Shown piece after piece: positions 27,956 to 36,446 of a stretch of DNA of 64,000 bases. The DNA is from a virus. Below the pieces are notes generated by a model. That model worked only from the letters and a program-made list of their open reading frames with translations, was not told the origin of the DNA and did no database searches. Location of the stretch: the IMG/VR virus record IMGVR_UViG_3300034073_004654, positions 1-64,000 of that record; one strand, given 5' to 3'. Each line of letters opens with the position of its first letter. Position 1 is the stretch's first letter. Position numbers and translations under genes: made by a program.

Positions 27956-28624
27956 ATGAAAATATCAAGTTTAATTAATACCATTAATAAATTTGCAACA
28001 TTAGTTAAATTAGCATCCAATTCTCTTGAAAAAGAAACCATGGGTATAATACATATTCCCTTTGGGCGAGAGTTTATGCTCAAGGAAACCATAAGAATTC
28101 CCAGTTCCAAAGAAGGTCAATTTTATTATTTGAACCCAGGAACGGCTCTTAAGATAGTCGATTATACTTCAGATGGGACTCCTAAATGGAGCGTCTCTGG
28201 ATGGTATTCAGAAAGAATTTTTAATTTATCAGAAGAAGATAAATTAAAACTTTTAGATTTAAGAAGCTTTTTTTCAGAGGCAGCTAGCCTTTTAAAAGGT
28301 GGTAAATTTTTTCCACCAGAATCAAATAATATTAAAGTTTTTAAAATTATTAATGACGAAAATTTAGAAATCTTTATTAGTTTTGATCCGGAACTTAACA
28401 TTGAAACTTATGGTCTTGAAGAAGATCAATATCTTAGCCCCTCCCAAACTTATAAAGAAGAGCAATCCAAAAACGATCCAAATAAAAAATTTAAATCTTT
28501 AAGAAAAGAAGCCATAAGAGCTTTTTCTTCACCCCTTGCATTTCTTCGATTCTGTGGAGTTCCTATCAAATTAGATGTGTTAGGCGATGACCCATCTATC
28601 TTAGAAGAAGAACAAGAAGATTGA
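27956..28624 (+). CDS. Leader-family hypothetical protein
   Basis: MKISSLINTINKFATLVKLA. Confidence 0.75.
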   Translation: MKISSLINTINKFATLVKLASNSLEKETMGIIHIPFGREFMLKETIRIPSSKEGQFYYLNPGTALKIVDYTSDGTPKWSVSGWYSERIFNLSEEDKLKLLDLRSFFSEAASLLKGGKFFPPESNNIKVFKIINDENLEIFISFDPELNIETYGLEEDQYLSPSQTYKEEQSKNDPNKKFKSLRKEAIRAFSSPLAFLRFCGVPIKLDVLGDDPSILEEEQED

Positions 28625-28639
28625 TTCGCCCAAGGAATT

Positions 28640-28831
28640 ATGAGCAGTAAAACTTCTTCAGTCTTTTCTGGCTTCCTCGTTGTCATCGAAGGTAAATCCG
28701 AAAAACTATTCTCGGATTCTAAAGATGCCATTAACTTCGTGATTAAAGAAAAATCCAAACCAGTTACCCTCTACCATCCAGAAGGATATGTCATTCTTAG
28801 CAAAAACCAAGAAGCCGCTAAGAAAAATTAA
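28640..28831 (+). CDS. Hypothetical protein
   Basis: AAGGA SD. Confidence 0.55.
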   Translation: MSSKTSSVFSGFLVVIEGKSEKLFSDSKDAINFVIKEKSKPVTLYHPEGYVILSKNQEAAKKN

Positions 28832-28832
28832 T

Positions 28833-29744
28833 TTATATTTTTACGTTCCTCAAATATCTTAAATAATGTTCTACTGGAGTTTCTTTATTTTCTTGTCGAG
28901 AGGTTTTTCCGGCTGGCTTTGGAAGTCGATTCTCTGCCGGTAAAATTTCTTCAATCCCTGCACGATCTAACATATCACTGTGAGTTGTTTTAATTTTTCC
29001 AGCATTGTCCTCCACAAATGATATGAAAACCCTTCCAGGCATTTTATTGTTATTCATAAATGATCCAATCTCACCAGCCAATGAATTAATCGCCGCTTCA
29101 TAAGCCTCTTTATCAAATGGAATGATTTCCTTCTTACCCAATGGAGTTTTTGGATAATCTTTTGTCTCTAATCCACCAGCTCTCATTACCGGATCTTTAA
29201 ATAATCCAGGATTATCATATTGAGGAAAATCATCCCAGAAATCTTGAGGCACTACCCCTAAAGGTTCGCTAATCGTCACAAAATAAATTTCTCCATTGAT
29301 CGGCAATTCCCCAGACTTTGCCATCTCTAAAATTCGATGATAAGCATTGTATAAATCAGATTTTTTAGGTCTGGTTAATCCCCAAGGCTTTGTCTTTGCA
29401 CAAGGTACTAAAATAATTACCTTGTAACGCTTAGGGATTTTAAACCCCCTCATCTTATCCATCCATCCTTTAATTTTAGGATGATTCAATAATTTAACAG
29501 TTTCTCCAGGAGTATAAGCCGTCAGTTCCGAATCCAATTTCGGATTAGATCTCTTGCTTCGATTTAATAAATACTCTCTAAAAGGTTCCCATTTCTCACG
29601 ACCTACATATGGAAAGTTTGAACCAGAACGAGATTGCCCTAATTGCCCCCTCTCAATATCAGATAAATCTATAGATGCTCTTTCATTCTCAGATGCTAAT
29701 CTGTAAAAGGCGTCTACTGCTTGAGCTAATTTCCAAATTTTCAT
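28833..29744 (-). CDS. DUF5591 / archaeosine-synthase (ArcS)-like domain protein with leader
   Basis: ILVPCAKTKPW...S.LY...TISEPLGVVP...PQYDNPG; leader MKIWKLAQAVDAFYRLA. Confidence 0.7.
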   Translation of the reverse strand: MKIWKLAQAVDAFYRLASENERASIDLSDIERGQLGQSRSGSNFPYVGREKWEPFREYLLNRSKRSNPKLDSELTAYTPGETVKLLNHPKIKGWMDKMRGFKIPKRYKVIILVPCAKTKPWGLTRPKKSDLYNAYHRILEMAKSGELPINGEIYFVTISEPLGVVPQDFWDDFPQYDNPGLFKDPVMRAGGLETKDYPKTPLGKKEIIPFDKEAYEAAINSLAGEIGSFMNNNKMPGRVFISFVEDNAGKIKTTHSDMLDRAGIEEILPAENRLPKPAGKTSRQENKETPVEHYLRYLRNVKI

Positions 29745-29802
29745 ATAGTTATGTTTGCTAAATGATATGCCGCTGACCAAATATTATTCAACTTTGTCGA
29801 GC

Positions 29803-29831
29803 TTGACAGCGTAAAGTAAGAGTGTTATAGT
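29803..29831 (+). promoter_or_regulatory. Sigma70-type promoter; transcript probably leaderless
   Basis: TTGACA-N17-TATAGT immediately before ATGs 29832/29838; TGTCGAGC upstream. Confidence 0.75.
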
Positions 29832-30026
29832 ATGAGCATGAACGAGGTCGAGACAAACCAAAATCAACTAAGCCTACTCTTTGAATCTATCAGAGATTCC
29901 TTGGATAGACTCCAAAAAGTTGAGCCAAAAACCGCTTCCAGATGGATGGATAAAATTCAATGGCTGAAAGAAGATTTGGAAAAAGATGCCAGACAGGCGG
30001 AAAAATGGAGCGAAATGAAGGCTTGA
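29832..30026 (+). CDS. Hypothetical protein
   Basis: ORF after promoter. Confidence 0.6.
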   Translation: MSMNEVETNQNQLSLLFESIRDSLDRLQKVEPKTASRWMDKIQWLKEDLEKDARQAEKWSEMKA

Positions 30027-30050
30027 CAGGAAAAAAGGAAGGGTTATAGT
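30023..30050 (+). promoter_or_regulatory. Sigma70-type promoter driving tRNA genes
   Basis: TTGACA-N16-TATAGT. Confidence 0.75.
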
Positions 30051-30096
30051 AAGGGTGTCGAGAGTGTGAGAGAGAGTAAGTAGTTAAGATATATAT

Positions 30097-30166
30097 GCCT
30101 TGCGGGACGGATTCCCAGTGAAAACTTCTAATTTTTACGTTCTATGTTCGACTCATAGGCAAGGCG
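30097..30166 (+). tRNA. Atypical tRNA-Arg(UCU) with non-canonical D-arm
   Basis: gccttgc/gcaaggc acceptor, gaaaa-cttctaa-ttttt anticodon arm, ctatg-ttcgact-catag T-arm; no U8, no CCA. Confidence 0.6.
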
Positions 30167-30299
30167 CTAACCTTAAAGGTTCGAATCTTAAATTAAAAAA
30201 TAAAAGCATAGGTAAAATAAAAAAAATGATGTAAGTAAAAAAATCTTGATATAGAATAAGAAGCTAAAAACAAAACAAGCAAAGACACTGAACATATAT

Positions 30300-30579
30300 T
30301 CTGGAGTAGCACAATAGGTGGTGCAATCGGCTGTTTATAAATGGCAGCTTTCTATAGTAATGTAGATTGAAAAAGACTCTAAATTCAGGGAACCCTTCAT
30401 CGAAAGATATGGCAATCCTGAGCCAAACCGGGAAACCGGGAGGTGCAGAGACTATAATGGGTCCATCCTTTAAAGAGGATGATGGGATAGTCCAGACTAC
30501 AAACAATAGAAATATTGGTAATGAAAATTATAGTAGCAAAGTAACCGATTGGTTATTGGTTCGACCCCAATCTCCAGAG
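30300..30579 (+). tRNA. tRNA-Asn(GUU) with intron (exons 30300-30334 and 30542-30579)
   Basis: tctggag/ctccaga acceptor, G73; splicing gives atcgg-ctgttaa-ccgat anticodon arm. Confidence 0.9.
30335..30541 (+). ncRNA. Group I self-splicing intron (IC3-like), 207 nt, in the anticodon
   Basis: P aaattcagggaa, Q aatcctgagc, R gcagagacta, S gggatagtcc; 5' exon ends in U, intron ends in G; P1 gctgt/gcagc. Confidence 0.9.
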
Positions 30580-30662
30580 CAAATAAAACGAGGCTAGTTA
30601 ATTCTAGTCTCGTTTTTTTTATTTCTAGTCGAGAGGCTATAATAATTACACATCATAGCCTT

Positions 30663-31232
30663 ATGAGTAATCGTTCGGAACATGTAAAAAAATGGAGAAA
30701 AAATTCTAAACAAAGGATCATTGCTGCTATGGGCGGATCTTGTTGTATCTGCGGATATAACAAATGCGACTCTTCTTTGGCAATGCATCATTTGGATCCG
30801 TCTAAAAAAGATTTTACTTTTGGCTCAGTAAGAGCCAGTCCAGTAAATTGGCAGACCGTTGTTGAAGAATTAAGAAAGTGTATTTTGGTTTGTCACAACT
30901 GCCATTCTGAAATACACGCAGGCATTACACCTGTTCCAGAAAATCATCCAAAATTCGACGAGTCTTATGCCGATTATAAGATGGATAGAAAATATAGATC
31001 TTATACTCCATGTTTGTTTTGCAATAAATTAAAGGGTAAAAGTTTTAAATATTGTTCTCCAGAGTGCGCTTCCAAATCATCTCGTAAAGTGGATTGGGAT
31101 CTTATAGATTTAGAAGAAGAATTAAAAACAAAATCAGTTTTAAAGCTATCAAAAGAATTAGGCTGTTCCGATGTTGCCATTCATAAAAGATTAAAAAGAA
31201 TGGGGTTAAAAAATAAATCCCCCTCCCCTTAA
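30663..31232 (+). CDS. HNH endonuclease with C-terminal zinc finger and HTH (free-standing homing endonuclease-like)
   Basis: CCICGY...MHHLDP...ELRKCILVCHNCHSEIH; LSKELGCSDVAIHKR. Confidence 0.85.
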   Translation: MSNRSEHVKKWRKNSKQRIIAAMGGSCCICGYNKCDSSLAMHHLDPSKKDFTFGSVRASPVNWQTVVEELRKCILVCHNCHSEIHAGITPVPENHPKFDESYADYKMDRKYRSYTPCLFCNKLKGKSFKYCSPECASKSSRKVDWDLIDLEEELKTKSVLKLSKELGCSDVAIHKRLKRMGLKNKSPSP

Positions 31233-31366
31233 TCAACTTTCCTTTACCAGTCCTCCTTCTTAGTAAAGGATCATTTACTAGTAACTTTGGATAATAAAGG
31301 ATCGTTTACTAGCTAGCGACCTTTGATTAATTCGGTATAATGACATTGGAACATTAAGGATAGCTC

Positions 31367-32389
31367 ATGTCAAAAATCTCAAAAATCCTAGAAGCCTGCG
31401 ATATTTTCTCTCGTCTTGTAAAAAAAGCTGATTATTCAGCTGACATTACAGATGGCAAGAAAGCTTTAAATAATTTGAAATCCGTCATTGAGGGATTGGA
31501 TATTGAATCTTTTAGAAGGATTTTAGAAGAGGAAAATGACGAATATCGTTATTTACCTGGAAGATTAATGGGGGATAAATATAAAGATTGCAGGGTTCAA
31601 TTTCAATATAAGGATGAACCGCAAAAAGAAGATAAGTTTATTAATTTTGAAATAGTTAACAGGGATGATTACGAGGATTATGAAGCTTATGAGGATGATA
31701 AGCCAATATCCACTCCAATTGGACCTGCCATTTTACAAGACGGCTATGATTTAGAATTAATATTAGATATTGATAGTTTTTCAAGTCATCGAAATTATTT
31801 ATTTAGTGAAGGTCGAACTCGTCCCAGTGAATTTTTTGAATTTAAAATAGAAGAAGGAGCTGAAGAAGATGAATACATTAATGACTTAGATGAGGCTTAT
31901 TTAATTGGATTAAAGAAAGCAATTATTAAGGCTTGTTCAAAGGAGCAGCCTGCATTTTATCATGAGGTGGCTCATTTAAGAAGAATGAGAAAGCAAAACC
32001 CTATAGAATTTATTAAGCAATGGAACCCATCAAAATCGCCCAATGTACCATTAAATTTGATGAAAGCTAATTTTAAAACTGATACTGAGTTATATCCACA
32101 GGAGTTGGAGCGATTTTCTAATGAACTTCGCAAATTAATTAATGAATTTAATTTAAGAAAAAGCAAAAGAGATCCTTCTTGGGAGGAGCTAAGTTTCTTG
32201 GATTTCTTGGATCAAATTTATGATATGCGGTCCAAACATAATTTTATTACATCTATGAAGGGAAGAATGGATATCGGTCTTGGTTTCTATGATGAATATG
32301 ATGATTATTCAAAATCCGCGATAAAAAGAATTTCCAAGTTTTACGATGACATGGTAGCTGGGAAATTTAAAGATACGCTTGGCATTTAA
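31367..32389 (+). CDS. Leader-family protein with HExxH motif
   Basis: MSKISKILEACDIFSRLVKKA; FYHEVAH. Confidence 0.75.
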   Translation: MSKISKILEACDIFSRLVKKADYSADITDGKKALNNLKSVIEGLDIESFRRILEEENDEYRYLPGRLMGDKYKDCRVQFQYKDEPQKEDKFINFEIVNRDDYEDYEAYEDDKPISTPIGPAILQDGYDLELILDIDSFSSHRNYLFSEGRTRPSEFFEFKIEEGAEEDEYINDLDEAYLIGLKKAIIKACSKEQPAFYHEVAHLRRMRKQNPIEFIKQWNPSKSPNVPLNLMKANFKTDTELYPQELERFSNELRKLINEFNLRKSKRDPSWEELSFLDFLDQIYDMRSKHNFITSMKGRMDIGLGFYDEYDDYSKSAIKRISKFYDDMVAGKFKDTLGI

Positions 32390-32406
32390 TAATTGAACAT
32401 AAAGTT

Positions 32407-33255
32407 ATGTCAAAGATTGTGAAACTTTTAAAAGCCTGCGAGATATTTTCTCAATTGGTTAAGAGTGCTCAAGAGCAATTAGAATTACCTTTTGGTGAAG
32501 ATTTGAAATATGGCGATCCTGGATATTGGGAATATGCCAACGATGAATCAATTAATTATGATTTTGATGAATGGGTTAATGGATACATCACCATAACGTA
32601 TACTGATTTATTTAAGTTTTTTGACAGGTTAGAAATAAAATATAAAGCTTGTGGAAAAACTTTGCAACCAGCATGGGGATTGGTTTTTAATCATGATGAT
32701 GAAAAATACGTTTTAACTTTTGAAGGAAAAGTTAGTAACATTGAGGAGTTAAGACGATCTGAGAATGAATGTGATTCTCCTACTGAAGCTAAGAGTTTTG
32801 TTGTTGGGGCTGATGAAGATGATTTAGATAGATATGTAGGAGAATCTACGATAAGCGAAGATTTTTGGGAGTCTCCATCGGTCTTATATCATGCTACAAG
32901 TTTTGATAATAAAGAAGACATTTTAGAGGATGGATTAATTGCAAAAAATGATGCTAGGGCGATTATAAATAAATCTGTTGGTTCGGCAGTTTTTACAAGC
33001 ACCAATCCTGATGCAATTGATGCTTATGGTGGATTAATCTTTGAAATTGACACTCAAGCAATGAAAGCAAATGGTTACACTCCAGAGATCGGAATAGAGC
33101 CAGACATCATTGAAGGCGAAAGAAAGCAATCATTGGCTCATATGGTTGGATTAGAAGATTATAATTATGATTATACCGACATTGGGGTGGACCCTGATAC
33201 CATCATTGTTTTTGGCGATATACCTAGTGAATATTTAAAGGTTTACCAAGAATAA
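32407..33255 (+). CDS. Leader-family protein with ADP-ribosyltransferase/Tpt1-like domain
   Basis: LYHAT....EDILEDGL...AVFTS...YG.LIFEID...IP.EYL; leader MSKIVKLLKACEIFSQLVKSA. Confidence 0.65.
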   Translation: MSKIVKLLKACEIFSQLVKSAQEQLELPFGEDLKYGDPGYWEYANDESINYDFDEWVNGYITITYTDLFKFFDRLEIKYKACGKTLQPAWGLVFNHDDEKYVLTFEGKVSNIEELRRSENECDSPTEAKSFVVGADEDDLDRYVGESTISEDFWESPSVLYHATSFDNKEDILEDGLIAKNDARAIINKSVGSAVFTSTNPDAIDAYGGLIFEIDTQAMKANGYTPEIGIEPDIIEGERKQSLAHMVGLEDYNYDYTDIGVDPDTIIVFGDIPSEYLKVYQE

Positions 33256-33387
33256 TCAATTTCGTTTGACACAATAGTTGTCGAGAGTTATATCATCCCC
33301 ACCGCATCTAAACCTTAGATGCAAAATAAACCTACAAATCTAATCGTTTACTGATTAGTTTATTAATTATTTAAAAAGGAAAGCAAT

Positions 33388-33750
33388 ATGAGTATTTTAG
33401 ATCAAATTAATGCATGGGCAAATGAGCGAGGGCTACTTAACATTGAATGGGATAAAACAGCTCATGCTTCATTTATTGCGGAGGAGTTAAGCGAGTTTCT
33501 TCGGGCTAAGAATGGCAATGAAGAAATGGATGCTTTATGTGACATTATTGTTTTTGCGGCAAATGCCATGAGGATTCGGGGATATGATCCTAATGTAGCG
33601 ATGGAAGAAACGTTGAAAGAGATTAATAGTCGAACGGGGGCATTTAATCCTGCTACGGGCAAATGGGAGAAGTTCAAGACTCCTGAAGCCATGGCATTGT
33701 GGTATGCGGCAGATTATGATAAGGCTAAGTTAGATTCATCGAAAAGTTGA
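33388..33750 (+). CDS. MazG/dUTPase-like all-alpha NTP pyrophosphohydrolase
   Basis: WANERGL...EELSE...DALCDIIVF...EINSR. Confidence 0.75.
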   Translation: MSILDQINAWANERGLLNIEWDKTAHASFIAEELSEFLRAKNGNEEMDALCDIIVFAANAMRIRGYDPNVAMEETLKEINSRTGAFNPATGKWEKFKTPEAMALWYAADYDKAKLDSSKS

Positions 33751-33783
33751 TTAGAGTGGTTTGTTAAATCTTTTAATTCAGAC

Positions 33784-33796
33784 AATAATTAAATAT
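33784..33796 (+). promoter_or_regulatory. Candidate late-promoter motif
   Basis: AATAattaaATAT upstream of 33821. Confidence 0.55.
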
Positions 33797-33820
33797 AAGT
33801 CTATAGTTATAGGAGATGAA

Positions 33821-34624
33821 ATGTCATTAAAAGATTTAATTAAAGTAGCGAATTATTATAATGTTAAATATAGTCTTGAAGCCGAAGAATCTTTAATAAA
33901 GGAAGCGGCTGGCAAATATGATCATATTGATTTTAGACCACCTGAATCTGTGGCAAAAGCAGCGGCGAGGGGATTGGAGCTGCGTAAGAAGAATAAAGGC
34001 AAAGGCGGATTATCTGTGCAGCAGGCACATAAGCAAGGAATAGGATCTGGGGTAGCTAGGGCTGCGTCTTTAAAAAATCGAAAAACTTTAAGTCCAGCTA
34101 CTGTGCGTAGGATGAAGGCATTTTTTGATCGTCATGAAAAGAACAAGGGCGCTAGCGGTGGAAAACCTTTAGCACAAGATAAAGGGCATATTTCTTGGTT
34201 GCTTTGGGGTGGCGATCCTGGTCGAAGCTGGGCGAATAAAATAGTAAATCAAATGAATGCAGCAGATAAAAAAACAGTTAGAGCGGCTATTGAATATTTA
34301 TTACGCAAGAATGGCAGTGCTTCTATTTACCCTCATCCAAGCTCCGAGGAAAGGTTATTTAATCCTGACATGGTGGGGCAAGTCATTCAAGAAATTGGTG
34401 GTCGGGAAAATTTCGATTCTCTTTTGCCGAGAGAAAACCAAATAGCTGATTTTATATCTGCTAAGGAAATTCTATTAGAGAAAGTAAAGAACGCTTATGA
34501 AGAATATAAGGCTTTAAATCCATATAGCTTTGATGATGATGATGAGAAAGCTCAAGCATATCAATTGGTAATTCAATATATTGAGAATTCTATTGATGAT
34601 GCGAAAAATTTGTACAGGAACTGA
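33821..34624 (+). CDS. Leader-family protein with a basic domain recalled from phage head-associated proteins
   Basis: AGGAG SD; MSLKDLIKVANYYNVKY; ARGLELR...GVARA...RMKAFFDRH...WLLWGGDPG..WA. Confidence 0.75.
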   Translation: MSLKDLIKVANYYNVKYSLEAEESLIKEAAGKYDHIDFRPPESVAKAAARGLELRKKNKGKGGLSVQQAHKQGIGSGVARAASLKNRKTLSPATVRRMKAFFDRHEKNKGASGGKPLAQDKGHISWLLWGGDPGRSWANKIVNQMNAADKKTVRAAIEYLLRKNGSASIYPHPSSEERLFNPDMVGQVIQEIGGRENFDSLLPRENQIADFISAKEILLEKVKNAYEEYKALNPYSFDDDDEKAQAYQLVIQYIENSIDDAKNLYRN

Positions 34625-34626
34625 GT

Positions 34627-34992
34627 ATGTCAAAGGCTATTAAAATTCTACAAACCTGTGAGGCGTTTTCTTCCTTGGTAAGGAAAGCGGATTATCTAAC
34701 GGACCCAATAGATGATAGGAAGGAGTATTCTATTTATTCGGAAGATGAGGTTAGTCTATTGGACTTAGAATTTAGCAACCTAATTAGAAAATTTTATATA
34801 GAGAAGAATTTACAAAATCCTGGATTTACTTTTCCTGATTATTTACTTGAAAAGTACAAGATATCTACTAAAGAAGAATTTATTAAATACATAACTGAAA
34901 AATTAAATGTAAATGAATATGACGAGATTGACAAGATGGGTAAATTTTACGATCGAATGACCAGGGGAGATTTTGATCAATTGATTCAATAA
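34627..34992 (+). CDS. Leader-family protein, short paralog of 31367..32389
   Basis: Shares LVxKADY N-terminus and KFYDxMxxGxF C-terminus. Confidence 0.75.
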   Translation: MSKAIKILQTCEAFSSLVRKADYLTDPIDDRKEYSIYSEDEVSLLDLEFSNLIRKFYIEKNLQNPGFTFPDYLLEKYKISTKEEFIKYITEKLNVNEYDEIDKMGKFYDRMTRGDFDQLIQ

Positions 34993-35017
34993 TCGGGCAT
35001 CAAATTAAAGGAAATAA

Positions 35018-35383
35018 ATGTCGATAGCAAATCTTGTTAAATTAGCCAATTATTATGAAGTTAAATATAAATTCGCATCTGGATATGATTTAAGAGAGCG
35101 TTCCGTCGATTTTTGGAATGAAGTAGAGTCTGAATCAAAACAATTGGTTACAAATTTTATGGCAGTAAATGCCGAAGGTGATCTTGGGGGAGAAGAAGCG
35201 GCTAAGTTAGCCTTCAATATGCAAAGTGAAATTGATAATTTGGTTGAAAATTTTTCATTAAAATTTAATGAAAAATTTTCGAAAAATCTTGACAAAATAA
35301 AATTAAAAGAATACATTGAGCTAACCATACAAGAAGAATTAGAATCAATTTCTGAAACATTAAACATTGAATTGCCTAATTAA
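35018..35383 (+). CDS. Leader-family acidic protein
   Basis: MSIANLVKLANYYEVKYKFA. Confidence 0.8.
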   Translation: MSIANLVKLANYYEVKYKFASGYDLRERSVDFWNEVESESKQLVTNFMAVNAEGDLGGEEAAKLAFNMQSEIDNLVENFSLKFNEKFSKNLDKIKLKEYIELTIQEELESISETLNIELPN

Positions 35384-35435
35384 GAAAAATCATATGATGA
35401 TGAAGAATTTCACAAATAATTATTCATTAAAAAAT

Positions 35436-36143
35436 ATGAAAAAAATAATTTTATCTTTTTTATTTTTAGTTTCTTGTGCTAGGGGCAATCACGAAACTTT
35501 TGAAGATGATGGAGCTGGGGCTGATTCTAGCTATATCGCAAACGGATCTGGCGCTGCTACTTCTGTAGCATCATCTAATTCAAGCACTTCTAACTCTGTA
35601 ACTTCGACCACAGGCTCTAGTAATTCAGTAACAATTGCCAGTAGCAGTTCTGGAGAAATGGTTTGTGTTCCTGGAACGACTCAATTATGCAACGGTCCTG
35701 GGGCATGTTTTGGGGCACAGTCTTGCAATTCGGATGGAATGAGTTATGGTGACTGCATATGTTCTAGTTCTTCTAGCGATGTGACTAGTGCAGGAATAAC
35801 TAGCGCCGGAGTAACTACTGGGGGTCAAAATTTCACATGTGATCCTTTAAACCCTGCAATTGCTTGCGGTTCTGGAAAGCAATGTTTACCTCAAACGAAT
35901 GGTGAACCTATTTGCGCTCCCGCTGGCAATGGAAACTTTTTCGATTTATGTGTAGATTTTTCTCAATGTTTACCTGGACTAGACTGTGTTAATGAAGGTG
36001 TTAATTCTTGTTGCATGGCATGGTGCAGATTGGGATATAATGATTGTCCCAATGGATTTAGTTGTGTAGAGGTTTTAGGAAATCCCTCTATTGATGGGGT
36101 GATATATGGAATATGCTGGGATGGTTTGCCCTGCATTCTTTGA
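35436..36143 (+). CDS. Cys-rich lipoprotein, myxobacterial style
   Basis: MKKIILSFLFLVSC lipobox, Ser/Thr linker, CVPG...C.GAQSC..DG..YGDC repeats. Confidence 0.7.
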   Translation: MKKIILSFLFLVSCARGNHETFEDDGAGADSSYIANGSGAATSVASSNSSTSNSVTSTTGSSNSVTIASSSSGEMVCVPGTTQLCNGPGACFGAQSCNSDGMSYGDCICSSSSSDVTSAGITSAGVTTGGQNFTCDPLNPAIACGSGKQCLPQTNGEPICAPAGNGNFFDLCVDFSQCLPGLDCVNEGVNSCCMAWCRLGYNDCPNGFSCVEVLGNPSIDGVIYGICWDGLPCIL

Positions 36144-36148
36144 GGATT

Positions 36149-36445
36149 ATGACAGAAAATACAATTTTAGTTAGAAAATTAGCTTATATTTATAAATTTA
36201 AGACTGAGCCCGAATCATTGAAAGAGATGTTTTATTCTTTATTTTACCCCGTGGTAAAAGATGGGATTGAATATTATATGGTAGGTAGAAACAATACTCA
36301 GCAATTTTATTTGGGAATAGATAATTTTGATCAGATTTGGAAATTATCTGAAACCAATGATTTTGATGAAGAATCAGAAGTAATGAATTTTCATTTAGAA
36401 TCAGAGAAGGTATATTCTGATTTGGGATACATAGGTCATTGTTAA
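36149..36445 (+). CDS. Hypothetical protein, paralog of 3009..3314
   Basis: Shared motif; GAGG SD. Confidence 0.7.
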   Translation: MTENTILVRKLAYIYKFKTEPESLKEMFYSLFYPVVKDGIEYYMVGRNNTQQFYLGIDNFDQIWKLSETNDFDEESEVMNFHLESEKVYSDLGYIGHC

Positions 36446-36446
36446 T

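Noticed and set aside
30097-30166. Amber suppressor or pyrrolysine tRNA (CTA in loop)
   Set aside because: Stem geometry gives the 7-nt loop cttctaa, which centres on TCT rather than CTA.
30367-30597. 76-aa ORF as an intron-encoded endonuclease
   Set aside because: It overlaps the ribozyme core and the tRNA 3' exon, and has no nuclease motif.
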